A stretch of DNA of 64,000 nucleotides. Origin: Candidatus Spyradenecus sp. (GTDB lineage Bacteria; Verrucomicrobiota; Kiritimatiellia; RFP12; DVOR01). The translations under genes were made by a program, and so were the position numbers. The stretch spans positions 2,033 through 66,032 of the forward strand of contig JBJEVY010000070.1 in the NCBI GenBank assembly GCA_051884775.1. Direction: 5' to 3'. This document shows positions 35,387-44,362 of the stretch, in pieces. Each line of letters begins with the position of its first letter. Within the stretch, counting starts at the first letter, position 1. The notes beneath the pieces are model-generated. The model did not search any database. It was not told the DNA's origin and worked only from the letters and a program-made list of their open reading frames with translations.

Positions 35387-35806
35387 TTATTCGCTCTCCG
35401 TAACCAACGAAAACTTGTTCAGGCGTGCTCGGCGGAGCACCTTGATAACATCCATAATCCGCCCATAGGCCTGCGTTTCATCTCCGCGAATGTGAGCGGC
35501 CACCTGCGGGTTCTTCTCAACGGCTGCCGCCGCGGCCTGATAGAGCTCCTCATCCGAGACCTCCTGCTGGCCCAGGAAGAAGTGACCATCGGCGCGGATG
35601 GTGATGTTGAGCGGCTGATCGGTGGGCAGCGGATCGCCCGTGGCGGAGGGAAGCTTGACGGTGATGCCGTTCTGCAGCGCGGGGAAGGTGATAATAAAGG
35701 CAATCAACAGCAAGAAGGTCATGTCCAGAATCGGCGTCATGTTGATCTCGCTGTGGATCTTGCGCTTTCCCCGCGCCCGGGCTCTGGAGAAGCGCCGCTT
35801 TAGCAT
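35387..35806 (-). CDS. ExbD/TolR-family biopolymer transport protein
   Basis: MTPILDMTFLLLIAFIITF single TM plus a periplasmic domain. Confidence 0.8.
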   Translation of the reverse strand: MLKRRFSRARARGKRKIHSEINMTPILDMTFLLLIAFIITFPALQNGITVKLPSATGDPLPTDQPLNITIRADGHFFLGQQEVSDEELYQAAAAAVEKNPQVAAHIRGDETQAYGRIMDVIKVLRRARLNKFSLVTESE

Positions 35807-36549
35807 ACGCCTCCCTTTTCGGATGCGGCGTAGTTCAGCGAGAGTTTGCCGATGAGCTCTTCGCCAAAGCCTTCCAGTTGCACGGTGAAGGCTTCAAGCT
35901 TAGCCTGCAGCACGTTATAGGCGATGGTCGAGGGAATCGCCACCACCAGCCCCACCACCGTGGTGAGCAGGGCCGAAGAGATACCCGGCGCAAGCTCGGC
36001 AATATTCGCGCTTCCACTCGCGGCCATAGCCTGGAAGGCCAACATCACGCCCCAGACGGTGCCAAAGAGCCCGAGCAGCGGGGCCGAACTGGTCACCACC
36101 GCCAACGCGGTCATTCCACGGTTGAGGATAACGGTCTCTTCATCCGTGGCATGGGCGCAGGTGCTTGCCACCAATTCCATCTGCGCGGGGGTCAGCGTGG
36201 GGCAGGCCGTCGCATCCTGCTGCAGGAGGAGCAACTGCCGGCGCGGGATGAGCTTGACAAAGCGCTCGGAGGTCCGCCGATAGACCGTCTCCAAGGGCGA
36301 AGCCTCAAAGGCGTAGCCCTTGTCGCAGTAGAGCGTGAGAGGGTCGTCCTGGCGCGCAAAGTCATCGGCAAAGCGGCGAGAGCGAGTATTGATGGCCCGC
36401 AGCGCGCTGAACTTGCCCAGGAAGACCGCCCACGAGCCCACGCTCATCACAATCTGCGTAATCACGATAAGCTGACCGCAGAAGTCCGAATCGACAAAGG
36501 CCTGAATGGGCCCGCCGACCATTGCGAAAAAGGCGCACGCTCCAATCAT
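35800..36549 (-). CDS. MotA/TolQ/ExbB proton-channel protein
   Basis: Three TM helices with the conserved C-terminal TM pair. Start overlaps the exbD-like gene. Confidence 0.8.
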   Translation of the reverse strand: MIGACAFFAMVGGPIQAFVDSDFCGQLIVITQIVMSVGSWAVFLGKFSALRAINTRSRRFADDFARQDDPLTLYCDKGYAFEASPLETVYRRTSERFVKLIPRRQLLLLQQDATACPTLTPAQMELVASTCAHATDEETVILNRGMTALAVVTSSAPLLGLFGTVWGVMLAFQAMAASGSANIAELAPGISSALLTTVVGLVVAIPSTIAYNVLQAKLEAFTVQLEGFGEELIGKLSLNYAASEKGGVC

Positions 36550-36553
36550 TGCC

Positions 36554-38266
36554 TCAGATCCTCTCGGGGGTGGGGATGCCCAGAAGCGTCAGGCCGCCAC
36601 GCAGGACCTTCGAGACCGCGCTGCACAGGCCAATGCGGCTATCGCGCACCGCTTCGCTCTCGGCCTTGAGGACAGGCGAGCTTTGGTAGAAGCTGCTGTA
36701 GAGCTGGCTGAGCTGATAGAGGTAATCGGCCAGGATGCTGGGCTTGCAGAGGTCGCCCGCGCGCTGGACGGCGTTGGGGAACTGCAACAGGTGCAGGGCC
36801 AGGGCCTTCTCGGCATCGGTGCCCAGCGTGATGGGCTGCTCGGCGGGGGCCTTGCCCACGGTGGCGCGATACTTCTCCAACAGCGAGTTCAAGCGCGCGT
36901 TGGCGTATTGCAGGTAGGGGCCGCTGTTGCCTTCCAGCGCCAGGGCCTTATCCCAGGTGAAGACAATCATCGTGGTGGGGTCGTGCGAGAGATCGGCATA
37001 CTTGATGGCACCAATGCCGATGGCTTCGGCCAGGGCGGCACGCTCGGCTTCGGACCAATCGGGGTGGCTCTCGTCGACAATCTTCCGGGCGCGGGCGGCC
37101 GCTTCGTCCAGGAGCGTTTCGAGCTTGATGACGTTGCCCTGGCGCGTGGAGAAGGTGCCTTCGGGCAGGCGCATTAGGCCGAACCAGACGTGCTGCAGGA
37201 GCGTCTTGCCGCAGAGCCCAAGCTTGCCGCAGATGTGGAAGAATTGCTTGAAGTGCAGCTGCTGGCGCTCGTCGGTGACGTAGATGATGCGCGCGGGGTC
37301 AAACTCCTCCACGCGGCTCTTGACGGTGGCGATGTCGGTGGTGGTGTAGTTGAAGCCGCCATCGCGCTTCTGGACAATGGCCACCTCCAGCCCCGCGTCC
37401 TTGAGATCAACAATCCAGGCCCCTTCGCTCTGCGTGGCCAGACCTTGGGCACGGAGGGCCTCGACGGTCGGGCCGAGAGTCGGCTGGTAGTAGCTCTCGC
37501 CGCGGTACAGATCGAACTTCACCCCGAGCCGCGCGTAAATGCGACCGAACTCCTTGAGCGAGATCTCGATGAAGCGCTCCCAGACCGCGCGGTTTTCCGC
37601 ATCACCGGCCTGCAACTTCACCAGTTCCTCGCGGCAGCGGTCGAGCCACGCCGGGTCATCCTTCGTGCGGCCGTAGCTCTGCACATAGACCTTCTCGAGC
37701 AGCTCAACGGTGAGGTTCGCGCGCTCCTCGTCGGTCAAGAAGGCGCGGTAGCCCATAATGAGGATGCCGAACTGCGTGCCCCAGTCGCCCAGGTGGTTAT
37801 CGGCAATGACCTCATAGCCCAGCGCGCGCAGAATGCGGTCGATGGCGTTGCCGATGACCGTCGAGCGGATGTGGCCGATGTGCATGGGCTTGGCCACGTT
37901 GGGCGAGGAGTAGTCGATGACCACCTTCTCGCCCGCGCCGCGCTGCGCCACGCCCAGCTTGGGATCGGCCGCCAGGGCCGCCACGCCGGCGGCCACCGCC
38001 TTGCGCGAGAGCGTCAAGTTGATAAAGCCCGGCCCGGCCACCTCGGCCTTCTCCAAAATCTCCGGCAACGGCAGCGCCGTCACCACGGCCTGGGCCACCT
38101 CGCGCGGGTTCTTGCCGGCACGCTTGGCAATGCCCATCGCGTCATTGCACTGCCAATCGCCAAAGCGGCTATCCTTCGAGGGCACCACCTTGCCGCCGCC
38201 GCACCCGGGCACCACCTGCTCAAAGGCTGCTGCCAACCACGCCTTCGCCAAACCTTCGCAATCCAT
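36554..38266 (-). CDS. argS: Arginine--tRNA ligase
   Basis: HIGH motif (MHIGHIRSTVIGNAI). C-terminal DALR anticodon-binding domain. Start taken at MDCEGLAKAW; the R/S-rich upstream extension was rejected. Confidence 0.9.
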   Translation of the reverse strand: MDCEGLAKAWLAAAFEQVVPGCGGGKVVPSKDSRFGDWQCNDAMGIAKRAGKNPREVAQAVVTALPLPEILEKAEVAGPGFINLTLSRKAVAAGVAALAADPKLGVAQRGAGEKVVIDYSSPNVAKPMHIGHIRSTVIGNAIDRILRALGYEVIADNHLGDWGTQFGILIMGYRAFLTDEERANLTVELLEKVYVQSYGRTKDDPAWLDRCREELVKLQAGDAENRAVWERFIEISLKEFGRIYARLGVKFDLYRGESYYQPTLGPTVEALRAQGLATQSEGAWIVDLKDAGLEVAIVQKRDGGFNYTTTDIATVKSRVEEFDPARIIYVTDERQQLHFKQFFHICGKLGLCGKTLLQHVWFGLMRLPEGTFSTRQGNVIKLETLLDEAAARARKIVDESHPDWSEAERAALAEAIGIGAIKYADLSHDPTTMIVFTWDKALALEGNSGPYLQYANARLNSLLEKYRATVGKAPAEQPITLGTDAEKALALHLLQFPNAVQRAGDLCKPSILADYLYQLSQLYSSFYQSSPVLKAESEAVRDSRIGLCSAVSKVLRGGLTLLGIPTPERI

Positions 38267-38285
38267 CGGCTCTCTCTCGCTTTCC

Positions 38286-40006
38286 TTACTTCTTGAACGA
38301 ATCCTTGAGCGTGACCGTGCGGTTGAAGACCGGCACGCCGGGCTTGGAGGCGTGAACGTCGGGCGTAAAGTAGCCCGTGCGCTCGAACTGATAGTGCTCG
38401 CCCGGGGCGGCCTGCTCCAAGAGCGGCTCGCCATAGGCCTGCACCACGCTCATGCTGTTGGGGTTGAGCGCGTCGAGGAAGTTCCCGCTCGGGCAGGCCA
38501 TCGGATCCTCCAGCGCGAAGAGGCGGTCGTAGAGCCGCACCTCGAAGGGCTTGCCATACTTCACGCTCACCCAGTGGATGGTGCCCTTGACCTTGCGGCC
38601 GTCGGCCGGGTTGCCGCCGCGGCTTTCGGGGTCGTAGGTGCCGTGGATCTCCACCACATTCCCCGCCGCGTCCTTGACCAGCGAGGTGCAGGTGAAGAGG
38701 CAGAGGCCGCGCAGGCGCACCTCGTTGCCCACCGTCACGCGGAAGAACTTCTTGACGGGCACCTCCATAAAGTCATCGCGGTCAATCCACAACTCGCGCG
38801 TGGCGACGATGCGGCGCTTGCCGGCGCTCTCGTCCTCGGGGTTGTTCGGCACCTCGGCCACCAACTCCTCGCCCTCGGGCAGGTTGTCGATAATCACCTT
38901 CACGGGGTTGAGCACGGCCATCCGGCGGGTGGCGATGCGGTTGAGGTCGTCGCGCACGCACCACTCCAAGAGCGCCAGGTCGGTCAAGGACTTATACTTC
39001 GAGATGCCCGTGCGCTCGCAGAGGTCGCGGATGGCCGCGGCCGTGTAGCCACGCCGACGCATCCCCGCCACCGTCGGCATCCGCGGATCGTCCCAGCCAT
39101 CGACCACGCCATCTTCCACCAGCTGACGCAGGAAGCGCTTGCTCATCACCGTGTAGGTGAGGTTCAAGCGGGCGAACTCGCGCTGCTGCGGGCGAATGGT
39201 CTTGCCGCCGCGCACCACCAAGCGCCCCTGCTCGGCCAGGCGGTCGATGACCCAATCGTAGAGCGGACGGTGCACCTCGAACTCCAATGTGCACATCGAG
39301 TGGGTGACCCCCTCGAGCGCGTCCTCGATCGGGTGGGCGAAGTCGTACATCGGGTAGCAATGCCACTGGGTGCCGGTGCGGTAGTGCGGCAGGTCGACAA
39401 TGCGGTAGATGACCGGGTCGCGGAAATGGATGTTGGGGGATGCCATGTCAATCTTCGCGCGCAGGCAGTGCGACCCCTCGGCAAAGGCCCCCTCGCGCAT
39501 CTTGCGGAAGAGCGCCAAGTTCTCCTCCGGCGAGCGATCGCGGTAGGGCGAGAACTTGCCCGGCTCGGTCGGCACCCCGCGATAGGCCTTCCACGCCTCC
39601 TGCGAGAGCTCGCAGACGTAGGCCTGGCCGCGCTGGATCAACTCCTCGGCAATCGCCCACATCGTCTCGAACATATCGCACGCGTAGTAGAAGCTATCCC
39701 ACTGGTAACCCAACCAGGTGATGTCCCGCTTCAACTGCTCCACGAAGTCCTCGCTCTCCTTGGAGGGGTTCGTGTCGTCCATCCGCAGATGGCACCGCCC
39801 GCCAAAGAGCTGCGCCATCCCAAAGTCCACCCACACCGCCTTCGCGTGGCCAATGTGTATCCACCCATTCGGCTCGGGCGGAAAGCGCGTCACCACCGTG
39901 CCGTCATTCTTTCCCTGCGCCAAATCCTCTTCAATCCACTGCCGCAAAAAGTGACGCGCGGTATCCAACTCCGTCTCCGCCGTCGCCGTCTCGTGCTTCT
40001 CTGCCA
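38286..40006 (-). CDS. glnS: Glutamine--tRNA ligase
   Basis: RFPPEPNGWIHIGHAKA (HIGH) and VMSKR (KMSKS) motifs. GlnRS-type C-terminal beta-barrel anticodon-binding domains. Confidence 0.9.
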
Positions 40007-40114
40007 TACGATAAACCATCCTTCGTAGAAACAAACGCCCATAGTATACCACATTCCCACGCACCGCGCGTGCGGGGCGCGCACTCAGCTACAGCTGTGA
40101 CTGAGGCGCAGAGG

Positions 40115-42133
40115 TTATCTATTCGTAAGCGCTTGGCGTAGAGCGTTGTGCCACTCGAGGGGGTCGCCGGCTCGATGGAAGTGTTCCTCAAAGCGGGCAT
40201 AGAGCTCGCGATAGGAAGTGGAGCCCAGAAGTTGACGCAGCATCTGCGTGTCGAGGGGGATTATCTTCATCCCGGGGCACTTCTGCGTGCAGTCGCTGGC
40301 GCGGTAGTAAACTTGCGCCTTGCGCATACGAAAGTCAGAGATGACGTTGGGGTTGAGGTGGGGGGCGATAAAGGTACAATAGGCCTTAGCGTGATCCGGG
40401 CTCGCCAGGAGGTATTCGCCCAGGTGCCGCGAGACCGGCTCCATCTCCATCCGCCGCTGAGCGTCTTTCTCGGCAAGCGTCACTTCAATCAAGAGCTGGT
40501 GGCGTGGATAATAGGGCGGATTGGCTTCGTAGTGCCACACGATGTCCGCTTCGCCACCACCTGCGTGCGTCTTGGGCATAAAGTCAGCCCCCAACGAGAG
40601 GTTCATATAGTCCAGCACCTCCCCGGTTTCGCCGCTGATGTAATACCACGCCAATGCCACGATGTACTCAAAGAGCGTCGGCAGGTCGGCTTCCTGAGTG
40701 ATGAGCTCTTGAACCGCTTTGTCGTGTTTCCGGTCCTCGACCATCTCGAGGAGCTCGCGGACGGTCTCGATGGGGAAACGATGGTGCAAGAGCGCCTTGA
40801 AGCGTGCGTAGCGTTCGGCCTGCAGAACGGCCCGAATGCCACCGGCATCCCGTAGTTTCTCAGTCGATAGCCCTGTTGCTTCAAGGACGAGCTCGGTCTT
40901 GCTCGGGAGCGGTAGCGGAATGAGGTCCGCCAAAGGCACATCTTGCTCGAGGAGATGACAGGGCGCGAAGGCCTCCCGGTCAAGCCAAGAGGCAATGTGC
41001 TTGACGAAGACGCTTGGCAGTAAATCGAGGTAAACGCGCTCGTCGGCAAAGACGACGACATCGGCGAGGCGGAAGTAGCGCTTGTTCAGGTCGGCATAAT
41101 CGTGCAAGGTTGCCTTGGCCTTCAAGAGCTGCATCAGCTCAAAGAAGCGCTTGCGGAAGTCCGCCTCGGTGGTTGCTTGAAGGATGGCCAGGTCGGCACG
41201 CCACCCCTCGGTCAACTGCTTGCGCTTCCCACTGAGGCCAAAGACTTGCTTCCACTCTCGACTCAGGTTACACACCTTGACGGCCTCGAGGAAGGCACTC
41301 AGTCGTTCCTCTGTCACGCCCCTGAAGACAATCTCGTGCAATGTCGTGAAGATGCCTAGGTAGGCCTTATCGTAGCGCTTATCGCCATCCGCTCCGCTCT
41401 TACGGTTCATCCCCACTTGGCAGATAAGGCGTTCATCCACCTGCTTGGCTGTTAAGAAGAGTGCGAGCGCCTCCTGATAGTTCTCCATCCCCATCAAGAC
41501 CTTGAGAATCTCGGCATCGATGTCGAACGATTGTCCCGCCGCGCGAGATCGATTGATGGCACCGACAATCTGGGACAAGCGGTTAGGATTGACGCACAGC
41601 GGCAGCAGATAGACGAACTCCTCCTGCGTGAGATAGCGCTTCCCCTGACTATCTGGCGCAACCTTATTCAAGACATCGAGCAACACGACAAAGGGGCGAA
41701 TAGACGAAGCGGCCTCCTTGTTTGTAGCTTTAAGCAATTGCAGGAAGTAGCACGCGCAGTCCTTTGCCAAATCCAAGAGGTCCTCGGGGGCAATGGCGAA
41801 GTCCTGCGCCTCTGAAATGGCCCAAAGGCGTTTCCCCGCCTCGGTCAGTTGGCGTTTCTCCGTCAGGAGCCCCAAATCCACCAAGCCCGAAGTCTTCTCG
41901 CGCGCGTCCTTGTCCGGCCGCGAAGCAGAGCCCTCGACAAGGCCTTGCTGCTGGAGCACCGTGTAATAGGCGGTCTGTACGGAGCAGTCAGACCAGCCCT
42001 TTGTCAACTTCCCACGGCTCTCCCAAAAGTCGTGAAGGTATCGCAGTTGCAGCTCGATGTCCCGGTTGATATGCTTTGTCCGGAAGCTGGTGGTTCCCAT
42101 GGACCAGCAGAAACTCTTGTAGGCAAGCGCCAT
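40115..42133 (-). CDS. Type IIS restriction endonuclease, AlwI/PleI/N.BstNBI family (RE_AlwI)
   Basis: C-terminal region aligns with the N.BstNBI catalytic end as I recall it (HAGGGEADIVWHYE...IEVTLAEK...MEMEPVSRH...CTFIAPH...KIIPLD), including a PD-(D/E)XK-like motif. Lies 12 nt downstream of the two-domain adenine MTase. Lower GC than neighbours. Confidence 0.6.
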   Translation of the reverse strand: MALAYKSFCWSMGTTSFRTKHINRDIELQLRYLHDFWESRGKLTKGWSDCSVQTAYYTVLQQQGLVEGSASRPDKDAREKTSGLVDLGLLTEKRQLTEAGKRLWAISEAQDFAIAPEDLLDLAKDCACYFLQLLKATNKEAASSIRPFVVLLDVLNKVAPDSQGKRYLTQEEFVYLLPLCVNPNRLSQIVGAINRSRAAGQSFDIDAEILKVLMGMENYQEALALFLTAKQVDERLICQVGMNRKSGADGDKRYDKAYLGIFTTLHEIVFRGVTEERLSAFLEAVKVCNLSREWKQVFGLSGKRKQLTEGWRADLAILQATTEADFRKRFFELMQLLKAKATLHDYADLNKRYFRLADVVVFADERVYLDLLPSVFVKHIASWLDREAFAPCHLLEQDVPLADLIPLPLPSKTELVLEATGLSTEKLRDAGGIRAVLQAERYARFKALLHHRFPIETVRELLEMVEDRKHDKAVQELITQEADLPTLFEYIVALAWYYISGETGEVLDYMNLSLGADFMPKTHAGGGEADIVWHYEANPPYYPRHQLLIEVTLAEKDAQRRMEMEPVSRHLGEYLLASPDHAKAYCTFIAPHLNPNVISDFRMRKAQVYYRASDCTQKCPGMKIIPLDTQMLRQLLGSTSYRELYARFEEHFHRAGDPLEWHNALRQALTNR

Positions 42134-42145
42134 CGGCGGCCTCCG

Positions 42146-44221
42146 TTAGTAGTTGATGACCAGGATTTCGCGTGAGGTGCCGCGCTGCTTGCGTTGGTAA
42201 TTGGCGTTGGAGTAGTCGCGCTGGACTTCGATGACCTTATAGTCGGCGGCGTGCTGCGCCAACCAATTCAACAGCAGCGCGTTGGTCCGGCCGTTGCTGT
42301 GCGTTACATTGGAGAGGGCGAAACGGCAGCCAGCGCGGTGCAGGCGGTCGAGCAACGCTAAGAGATCCTGCTCGTCCTGCTCGGTCCAGCCGCCATTTTC
42401 GTTGTAGGAGGCGGTCGTGACAAGATAAGGCGGGTCGGCATAGACAAAGTCGCGCGGACCTAAAGCGGCCAAGTCCAGCTGCCGGAAGTCTTGGCACAAG
42501 AAGTCAATCGTGCGCGTGTGCAGGCGGTCGATGAAGGCGCGCAGCTTCTCCTGCATTTTGGCATTGAAGTCACGCTTCCCCACGGGCAGGTTATATTCTC
42601 CCTTGGCATTGAAGCGGATTTGGTTGTTGAAGCCATAGACGATTAGCACATACAGGGCGATAGACTTCTCGGGCGTGCCGTCGGCCAAGGTGGCGTAGTG
42701 CCGCCGCAACGCCAGATAGGGCTCCTTGTTGAAGGCCCCGAGCCCCTTGGACGAGTTACCTCCGTAAGGTTCATAACCGTTGCGTTCGCTATCCGACAGC
42801 CCAAAGCGCGCGATCACCTCCCGCACCTGTGCGCTGAACTGCTCGGACGAGAGCGCCTTCATCGTCTTGAAGAGCGCAATCAACTGCGCGAGCGAGTCCA
42901 CGCAGAGAACCCGCTTCGCCGGGACATTGACCCCCACATTGCAGCCGCCGCAGAAGAGGTCGACACATGTGTCAATCTCACGCGGGAAGTGCGGGAGCAA
43001 CTGATTGAGGATGCGGAACTTGCCACCGGTGTAGTTCAGCGGCGAGGAGACCCACGCCAGCTCCGAGCGGCACTTGCACAGGAAGATGCGCTCGACGTTA
43101 TCCTCCCGGCTGGACTTGCCGGCAGAGAAGGCCTTGTGGCTGCAGTGGAAAACCATTACCTCGCCCTTCGCGCGCAGGGTCCGCAGGATGGCCTCATCCG
43201 AAAGCTTCGCATTCGAGCGCTCGTTACCCTGCTCGGCCATATTGTTGTAGGTCAGCACCAGGTATCGCGCCTTGACATTAGCCACCAACTCGGCAAAGGC
43301 ATCCTCGGCCTTCTGCGTGCAATAGTCGCTCTTCAGGGCGCTCCGGTCCATCTTCCGCGCCACCCCCACCACGCTTGGCTTCTCCCACCGCGCCACATTC
43401 TCCAGCACATGATAGGCATCGCTATACTGCCGGCTGTTGTAAGGCGGGTCCATAAAGAAGACATCCACCTGCCCCAACTGCGGGGCAAGCACGTTGGCAT
43501 CCAGGTTAAAGCACTGATTATCCGCATAGGCGCACTTCGGCGGCACCGGCAAACGCAACTCCAAGTGCTTCTCAAAGGCCGTGTGCTTGCGATAGGCGTC
43601 GTAGTGCCCCACTGTGTTGGCAATCTTGTCCATCGCGTAGAGCAACGAGGCAATGAGCAAGGCCCGCTCACGGCCATTCACCTCGCCGGCGGCGTAGCGC
43701 TGCTCGATGTCCTCGCGAATGTAGCCAATGCGCCGGCAATCCTCGGCCGAAAAGTAGGTGTCGGCAAAGTGCTCGCTCATATAGTTTTCGCCCGGCTCGG
43801 TCAGGGCGTTATACCCTTGGAGCAACCGCGCCACCTTTGCCTCGTCGTAGGCTTCGCCCGAGAACCAGGCCACGTGGCAAATGTAGTTGCTGTAGAGAAT
43901 GTCGTTGGTAATCAGGTGCTTGTCGCTAAACGCCGAAGCCACCGACCCCGTGCCAGCAAAGATGTCAACGAAGCTCTCCACCCCCTCGCAATGCGTCTCG
44001 ACAATCCGCCGAATCTCCTCTAGCAGCCGATACTTATTCCCCAAATAGCGGCGATTGTAGATGTAGACCTTCTTCAACGGCACTGCTTCCACTCCCTCCA
44101 CAGGGACAGACTCCACCACCCCGTCGGCGAGCCCCGTCGCACCAACAGCTAGCAATTCAACGCAAAATCCTCTCCGCGTAACGCTCCTCATAACACCTTC
44201 ATTGTACCACAAGACACCCAC
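42146..44221 (-). CDS. Fused two-domain D12-class (Dam-like) N6-adenine DNA methyltransferase, typical of Type IIS R-M systems (M.FokI-like architecture)
   Basis: Two complete Dam-like halves, each with SAM-binding F-x-G-x-G and DPPY motifs (FFMDPPYNSRQYSD and VYADPPYLVTTASYN). N-terminal ~45 aa uncertain. Confidence 0.75.
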   Translation of the reverse strand: MGVLWYNEGVMRSVTRRGFCVELLAVGATGLADGVVESVPVEGVEAVPLKKVYIYNRRYLGNKYRLLEEIRRIVETHCEGVESFVDIFAGTGSVASAFSDKHLITNDILYSNYICHVAWFSGEAYDEAKVARLLQGYNALTEPGENYMSEHFADTYFSAEDCRRIGYIREDIEQRYAAGEVNGRERALLIASLLYAMDKIANTVGHYDAYRKHTAFEKHLELRLPVPPKCAYADNQCFNLDANVLAPQLGQVDVFFMDPPYNSRQYSDAYHVLENVARWEKPSVVGVARKMDRSALKSDYCTQKAEDAFAELVANVKARYLVLTYNNMAEQGNERSNAKLSDEAILRTLRAKGEVMVFHCSHKAFSAGKSSREDNVERIFLCKCRSELAWVSSPLNYTGGKFRILNQLLPHFPREIDTCVDLFCGGCNVGVNVPAKRVLCVDSLAQLIALFKTMKALSSEQFSAQVREVIARFGLSDSERNGYEPYGGNSSKGLGAFNKEPYLALRRHYATLADGTPEKSIALYVLIVYGFNNQIRFNAKGEYNLPVGKRDFNAKMQEKLRAFIDRLHTRTIDFLCQDFRQLDLAALGPRDFVYADPPYLVTTASYNENGGWTEQDEQDLLALLDRLHRAGCRFALSNVTHSNGRTNALLLNWLAQHAADYKVIEVQRDYSNANYQRKQRGTSREILVINY

Positions 44222-44308
44222 CTCTATCTACTTTCACACAGACTTCCAAGGTCCGTGAGGCGGAGGTTCGCGGGCGAGCGCGGGGGCGAGCTGTGGGGGC
44301 GGGAGGCC

Positions 44309-44338
44309 AATAAAAACCCCGCGGGTTTCCGCGGGGGA
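44309..44338 (-). terminator. Rho-independent terminator of the giant repeat-protein gene (hairpin ccccgcgg-gttt-ccgcgggg followed by UUUUUAUU on the minus strand)
   Basis: Hairpin plus T-run read directly, immediately 3' of the stop at 44363. Confidence 0.7.
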
Positions 44339-44362
44339 GGAATGATATATATGGAATGAGAG

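Noticed and set aside
38267-38434. Arg/Ser-rich N-terminal extension of argS
   Set aside because: Low-complexity with no homology. The conserved ArgRS N-terminus starts at MDCEGLAKAW (38266).
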